Shown here: positions 59,117-64,000 of the stretch, in pieces
Position numbering within the stretch: position 1 is the first letter of the stretch
Layout of the letters: each line of letters opens with the position of its first letter
DNA from: Thainema sp.
Lineage (GTDB): Bacteria > Cyanobacteriota > Cyanobacteriia > Phormidesmidales > Phormidesmidaceae
Assembly (NCBI GenBank): GCA_052168235.1
Contig: JBQLZK010000035.1
Span: 1-64,000 of the forward strand
Length of the DNA: 64,000 bases
Reading direction: 5' to 3'
Translations under genes and position numbers: made by a program
The notes under the pieces: model-generated
The model's input: only the letters and a program-made list of their open reading frames with translations
Databases searched by the model: none
What the model was told of the DNA's origin: nothing

Positions 59117-59869
59117 ATGTTGACATTAGAAAATTCTCGGGCTAAAGCCCAGGTTGGATTGGGCCGAATTCTGGTGGTTGAGGATGAAGAAATTATCCGT
59201 GATACCGTTGCCTTGGCTCTGACCGATGAAGGATACGATGTTATCACGGCAGAAGATGGGCGGCGAGCTTTGGAAATCATGACGGAGCTGCAAGATGCTC
59301 AGGCCCATGAAGCGCAGTCTTTTGATCTGGTTGTGCTTGACCTCATGTTGCCCCACGTTAACGGGCTGGATCTGTGTCGCCTCCTTCGCCACCAGGAAAA
59401 TAATGTCCCCATTTTAGTGCTCAGCGCCAAAGGCACAGAGACAGATCGGGTTGTTGGCCTAGAAGTCGGTGCAGATGATTATTTGACCAAGCCATTCGGC
59501 ATGCGTGAACTCATCGCTCGCTGCCGTGCTCTGCTCCGTCGCTCCCGTGGCTCCCAACCTCCCAGCACGGATAGTACCATTCGCTTTGACGATATCGCCC
59601 TCTACCCCAGCGAATGCCGCGTCACGGTACGCGACCAAGATATTAATTTATCTCCCAAAGAATTCAAGATGCTTGAACTCTTTATGGGCAGTCCTCGCCG
59701 AGTTTGGTCTCGCGATCAGCTAATTGAGCGCATTTGGGAACCCGATTTTATGGGCGATAGTAAAACCGTAGATGTCCACATTCGCTGGCTGCGCGAGAAA
59801 ATCGAAGACGATCCCAGCAATCCCAAGTATCTCAAAACAGTACGCGGCTTTGGCTACCGCTTTGGGTAG
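59117..59869 (+). CDS. sphR: OmpR/PhoB-family response regulator SphR
   Basis: LVVEDE, LDLMLP, GADDYLTKPFGMREL, FMGDSKTVDVHIRWLREK and TVRGFGYRFG motifs; paired with a PhoR-like kinase. Confidence 0.85.
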   Translation: MLTLENSRAKAQVGLGRILVVEDEEIIRDTVALALTDEGYDVITAEDGRRALEIMTELQDAQAHEAQSFDLVVLDLMLPHVNGLDLCRLLRHQENNVPILVLSAKGTETDRVVGLEVGADDYLTKPFGMRELIARCRALLRRSRGSQPPSTDSTIRFDDIALYPSECRVTVRDQDINLSPKEFKMLELFMGSPRRVWSRDQLIERIWEPDFMGDSKTVDVHIRWLREKIEDDPSNPKYLKTVRGFGYRFG

Positions 59870-59933
59870 ATTTAAATCACGGAATTCTCTAGCAGATTGC
59901 TATGATAAATCCACAGTCATGCCCTGGATTTGA

Positions 59934-61457
59934 GTGTTTGATACCGTGCAAGTTCTGTGGTTTCTTCTTGGGCTATTGGTTGGCTTTTTAATCTTCGGAT
60001 TGAGATACATTCGACTCAATCGTCGTTTGCGTCAATTGCTGCGTGAAGTACGGGCAGATGAGGGCATCCCACTTTCTGTAGCCTCACAGCTCTCGATCTC
60101 GCTAGATTTGCAGCGCCAACAGTATCGCAAGATTGATCAACAGCTTGAAGCGACGCGGCAGGTTCTTCGCTTAGCTCCGGTGGGCTATCTTCAGGTGGAT
60201 GAGGAAAATCGCCTCACGTTTGCGAATGGGCAAGCCTGCCAAATGTTAGGGATTGATCCCCTCGAAGCCACACCTGAAGCGGCATCTGACGTTGCACCAG
60301 ATGCGATCGCACCTTTAGCTCCTTCCTTTAGTGCCTCTGAGGGGCCACGCCTTCTCCTAGAAGTTGTGCGCTCCTACGAACTAGATCGGCTGATTGATCA
60401 AACCCGTCGCACCCAGACTCTATGTCAGCAAGACTGGCTAATGCACCACGTTTCCGCCGATCCAGCCACTATTTCCCGGCAGCCGTCCTACCCAGTCAGA
60501 GGCCACGGCATTCCCCTGTTGCAACAGCACATTGGCGTTTTTATTGAAGATCGGCAAGAAGCCTACCTGCTGACTCAACAGCGCGATCGCTGGACATCCG
60601 ATGTTGCCCATGAACTCAAAACGCCGCTGACCTCGATTCGCCTGATCGCCGAAACCCTCAAAGCGCGGCTAGATTCTCCCTTAGTCAGCTGGATCGATCG
60701 CCTACTGAGCGAAACGATGCGTTTGAGCAACCTCGTACAGGACTTGCTAGACCTCAGCAAAATTGAACGACCTGCCACTCAAGCCCTAAATCAAAATTTG
60801 GTCAACTTGCCCGATTTAATCCACCGTGCTTGGCTCAACCTCGATCCGCTATCCAGTAAAAAACAGCTCCAGCTCAATTACGATGGCCCTCAACTGCTGC
60901 GCATTCGCATTGATGAACATCGATTTTTTCGCGTGCTGATCAATCTGATCGACAATGCCATCAAGTACAGCCCTCCCCGCAGCATCATCCAAATTCGGCT
61001 ACATCAAATTGCGCTCTCGGATCTACCGTCCCCACCGAGTTCAATCACGAAGTCAAATTCCCTCCTGCGTTCATCGCCATCCTCAGCTCCATTCTTTGTG
61101 GCTTTAGAAGTCATTGATATGGGTTCTGGCTTCCAATCAGCCGATCTACCCTATGTATTTGAGCGATTTTATCGTGCTGAAACCTCGCGGGCGCGACATC
61201 TTGAATATGACGGTATTCCCATCTCACAACCTGAATCATTGGCCATCACTGACACAATTCAAACCAATGCTGGTACGGGTTTAGGGCTTTCGATCGTTCG
61301 CCAAATTGTTGAAGCGCATGGCGGCTATGTCGTTGCTAGTAATCATCCTGAAACGGGCGGAGCATGGCTACAGATCTTCTTGCCCTACCCTAATCCATCC
61401 GCCCAAGGGCAGCCTCAGTCAGACCCGTCAAAACTAAACCCAATCGATCAGCCTTAA
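59934..61457 (+). CDS. sphS: Phosphate sensor histidine kinase SphS (PhoR-like)
   Basis: N-terminal TM, LLLEVVRSYELD, SDVAHELKTPLTSI, NLIDNAIKYS, FERFYR and GTGLGLSIV motifs. Confidence 0.85.
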   Translation: MFDTVQVLWFLLGLLVGFLIFGLRYIRLNRRLRQLLREVRADEGIPLSVASQLSISLDLQRQQYRKIDQQLEATRQVLRLAPVGYLQVDEENRLTFANGQACQMLGIDPLEATPEAASDVAPDAIAPLAPSFSASEGPRLLLEVVRSYELDRLIDQTRRTQTLCQQDWLMHHVSADPATISRQPSYPVRGHGIPLLQQHIGVFIEDRQEAYLLTQQRDRWTSDVAHELKTPLTSIRLIAETLKARLDSPLVSWIDRLLSETMRLSNLVQDLLDLSKIERPATQALNQNLVNLPDLIHRAWLNLDPLSSKKQLQLNYDGPQLLRIRIDEHRFFRVLINLIDNAIKYSPPRSIIQIRLHQIALSDLPSPPSSITKSNSLLRSSPSSAPFFVALEVIDMGSGFQSADLPYVFERFYRAETSRARHLEYDGIPISQPESLAITDTIQTNAGTGLGLSIVRQIVEAHGGYVVASNHPETGGAWLQIFLPYPNPSAQGQPQSDPSKLNPIDQP

Positions 61458-61500
61458 GGGACAATCCTGTAATATTTGGGTAGTTCCATTCAATTGAGCT

Positions 61501-62271
61501 ATGGCTGAACGACTTCAGAAAATCCTATCTCATTGGGGAGTGGCTTCTCGCCGTCAGGCCGAAGCGATGATCCAGGCAGGACGGGTGACATTGAATGGCC
61601 AACCCGCGCTCTTGGGCCAAAAAGCCGATCCTGCAATTGATAGAATTTTAGTTGACGGCCAGCAAATTCGCCCCCATAATCGTCCAGACCGGATTTATCT
61701 CCTGCTGAATAAACCGCTTAATATCGTGACCACCTGCGATGATCCCCAGCATCGTCAAACGGTTATTGACTTGCTGCCAGCCCCCTATCAGCAGGGACAG
61801 GGCATACATCCCGTGGGCCGTTTAGATGCCAATTCGACCGGCGCATTGCTGTTAACAAATGATGGAGAGCTAACCTTTGCGTTGACTCATCCTCGTCATC
61901 ACGTGCCGAAAACATATTGGGTCACAGTCGAAGGACATCCCGCTGATGCGGAGTTAAACCGCTGGCGACGGGGAGTATTGCTCGATGGTCGTCAAACACG
62001 ACCTGCTACGGTGAGCGTTATACAACGGACACCGACCTCAACCCAACTCAAGATTGTTCTGCAGGAAGGACGCAAGCGTCAGATTCGGCGTGTTGGGGAC
62101 ATATTAGGGCATCCGGTGATCCAGCTTCATCGGGTAGCCATTGGTTCTCTGGAGCTAGACGATTTGCCGCCGGGGCAGTTTCGTCGTCTGGAATCTGCGG
62201 AAGTTCAAGCGTTACAGCGGATTGCGCTTCTACAGCCCCACCCTTCTGACACAATTTCATCGACTAAATGA
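61501..62271 (+). CDS. RsuA/RluB-family pseudouridine synthase
   Basis: S4 domain ERLQK..ASRR, LNKP, HPVGRLD and EGRKRQIRR motifs. Confidence 0.95.
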   Translation: MAERLQKILSHWGVASRRQAEAMIQAGRVTLNGQPALLGQKADPAIDRILVDGQQIRPHNRPDRIYLLLNKPLNIVTTCDDPQHRQTVIDLLPAPYQQGQGIHPVGRLDANSTGALLLTNDGELTFALTHPRHHVPKTYWVTVEGHPADAELNRWRRGVLLDGRQTRPATVSVIQRTPTSTQLKIVLQEGRKRQIRRVGDILGHPVIQLHRVAIGSLELDDLPPGQFRRLESAEVQALQRIALLQPHPSDTISSTK

Positions 62272-62361
62272 GGGATTCCACCCTATATTGATTTTTAATA
62301 CCGATTGTTAACGTTAACTCTGACGTGTTGTTCCTACTCTTTCACAAGGGATTTTTAACCG

Positions 62362-63234
62362 ATGAAGAGCGATCGCGCACATCTTCAGGATATTCAAGTC
62401 GAACAGTTCAAGGAAATTGCTGCCAAGCTTCGCGAAACTCGCGAAACGCAGGGGTTGTCTATTGAACAGCTATCGACAAAAACCTTGATTCAGCGCCGCT
62501 TACTCTATGCCATTGAAGCTGCTGATATTGAACAGCTACCCGAAATGGTATATGTTCGGGGATTTGTTAAACGTTACGCAGAGGCTTTGGGATTAGATGG
62601 CCAAGGAATTGTGGATGTGCTGCCAGTAGAGGGGACAAGCCACAGCATGAAGCCATCTTGGAAGGAGCTTCCAGCGGCGCAGCTCCGACCGCTGCATTTG
62701 TATCTGCTCTATATTGTGGTAATTGCGCTGGCAGTTGGTGGATTATCCCATTTCCTCCGTCAGGTTGAGTCTCCAACGGTTGCTAATAATTCCAGTAGTC
62801 CGACCACTGCTCCGGCTGAAGTCATTCCAGACCCAGCACCTCAGACCAGCGAGGTTGAAAATACAGCTACCAACAGCAACGGAGAGCAGCCAGCAGCAAC
62901 AGCAACTGACGCGGAAAATTCAGACCAGCCAAATGAGTCTACTGTATCTGGGCCAATTCGAGTGGAAGTGAAGCTGACGGCTCAATCGTGGATGCGTATT
63001 ACCGTGGATGGCACAACTGAATTTGAAGGTGTCCTGCAAGCTGGTGATGAGCGCACATGGACAGCCAAGGAAGAACTAACGCTACGGGCTGGCAATGCGG
63101 GCGGAGTGATGGTGGCGTATAACAATGGAGATGCGGAACCGCTTGGAGAACCGGGCAGCGTTGAAGAAATCACCTATCCGCAAACTCAAAGTACCGCTCG
63201 ACTCGTGGACGCTGAATCAACTCTCCCCCAGTGA
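62362..63234 (+). CDS. rodZ: RodZ-like cell shape protein (HTH, TM, DUF4115)
   Basis: YVRGFVKRYAEALGLD HTH, single TM, and SWMRITVDG..GNAGG motifs. Confidence 0.85.
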   Translation: MKSDRAHLQDIQVEQFKEIAAKLRETRETQGLSIEQLSTKTLIQRRLLYAIEAADIEQLPEMVYVRGFVKRYAEALGLDGQGIVDVLPVEGTSHSMKPSWKELPAAQLRPLHLYLLYIVVIALAVGGLSHFLRQVESPTVANNSSSPTTAPAEVIPDPAPQTSEVENTATNSNGEQPAATATDAENSDQPNESTVSGPIRVEVKLTAQSWMRITVDGTTEFEGVLQAGDERTWTAKEELTLRAGNAGGVMVAYNNGDAEPLGEPGSVEEITYPQTQSTARLVDAESTLPQ

Positions 63235-63274
63235 TTTAGAATCAGCGATTTAACAGAATCAGCCATTAGGTGAT

Positions 63275-63309
63275 ATGAGAGCCTCCGCACAAACTGCGGA
63301 GGCTCTCAT
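63275..63309. terminator. Hairpin after rodZ
   Basis: ATGAGAGCCTCCGCA/TGCGGAGGCTCTCAT stem. Confidence 0.55.
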
Positions 63310-63554
63310 GCTTACACCACAGTTTATAGTTGTAGTCGCTCTGCTAGGACACGGACATTTTTGTGGCGTAGCTTCGCCGCGCCACAAAAATGTCCTAAAC
63401 AGCATGACTATGGCTACATCACATCAAGTTCTCATCCGAAATCTGCTCATCAAAACCAGTCTTTATTTTTTGTAAAAGGCAAACGCAGCCTGACTTTTAC
63501 AAAAAATGATTCGGTATCATACGGCAAGGGGCAAGGATGTAACTCTATGAAAAG

Positions 63555-64000
63555 TTAGCCCATAGTTTGCGCTTGTGCGATCGCATTGATTAACCTTTGG
63601 TTCTCCGCCTCAGTCCGCACCGCCACCCGGAAATAAGCATCGCCCAAAACCGGATAGCTAATACAGTCGCGAATCAAAATCTGCGACTGCTTCAGCAATT
63701 GCTCTTGCAATTGCGTAGCTGATTGCTGTGCCTGAACTAGCAGAAAATTGGCGGCGCTCGGCAAAGGTGTGAGTCCCGATTGTTGGGATAAAGCGTTGAA
63801 TAACTGCGATCGCGCTTGGTCGAGCCAATCCCAAGTTTGCTGCTGGAAGTCCTGATCAACCAAAACGGCGATCGCAGCCGCTTCAGCTAAGGCATTAACC
63901 GGCCACGGATCACGCCACGCCTGCCAACGACGTAGCCGATCGGGATGTGCGATCGCATAGCCAATTCGCAGTCCTGGTAAGCTGTAAAACTTGGTTAGCG
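63555..64000 (-). CDS. cobD: Threonine-phosphate decarboxylase CobD-like PLP enzyme (5' end beyond the window)
   Basis: The frame stays open to the window edge: LTKFYSLPGLRIGY..DPWPVNA..SAANFLL..ILIRDC..YFRVAVR. Confidence 0.85.
   Translation of the reverse strand, partial: LTKFYSLPGLRIGYAIAHPDRLRRWQAWRDPWPVNALAEAAAIAVLVDQDFQQQTWDWLDQARSQLFNALSQQSGLTPLPSAANFLLVQAQQSATQLQEQLLKQSQILIRDCISYPVLGDAYFRVAVRTEAENQRLINAIAQAQTMG

Larger units (their letters stand above)
1..64000. repeat. HIP1 octamer GCGATCGC dispersed throughout, frequently as TGCGATCGCA
   Basis: Dozens of visible copies in both coding and intergenic DNA, e.g. 3329 and 7140; not counted exactly. Confidence 0.95.

Noticed and set aside
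62362..63234. Functional clustering of rodZ with the ParM-like pair
   Set aside because: They are about 9 kb apart with unrelated genes between; proximity alone is not evidence.

Overview
Chromosomal DNA from a cyanobacterium. Evidence: abundant HIP1 GCGATCGC octamers, a form IB rbcL-rbcX-rbcS operon, ndhV and sphR/sphS. The repeat types suggest a filamentous lineage (inference). The window is mostly housekeeping genes: infB, rbcLXS, prs, ctaCDE with divergent ctaAB, rsmI, dnaG, hemB, an rluB-like gene, rodZ and a partial cobD, plus many conserved hypotheticals. I found no rRNA, tRNA, CRISPR array or intact transposase. The most interesting items are: (1) a chromosomal ParM-like actin and ParR-like RHH pair (52288-53588) with no plasmid context and no visible parC iterons, a candidate repurposed cytoskeletal system; (2) a ThrC-like PLP enzyme and a GG-ending sulfur-carrier gene preceded by a perfect IscR/Rrf2-type palindrome, suggesting sulfur amino acid synthesis rather than threonine synthesis; (3) two inverted copies of a ~300-bp structured element with compensatory changes flanking an atypical transketolase; (4) an NsiR1-like small RNA with its own promoter and terminator; (5) a MITE with a 10-bp target duplication nested in a REP element whose empty allele is also in the window; (6) a small secreted protein made of five 15-16 aa repeats. 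All family assignments come from reading motifs by eye, not from database searches.
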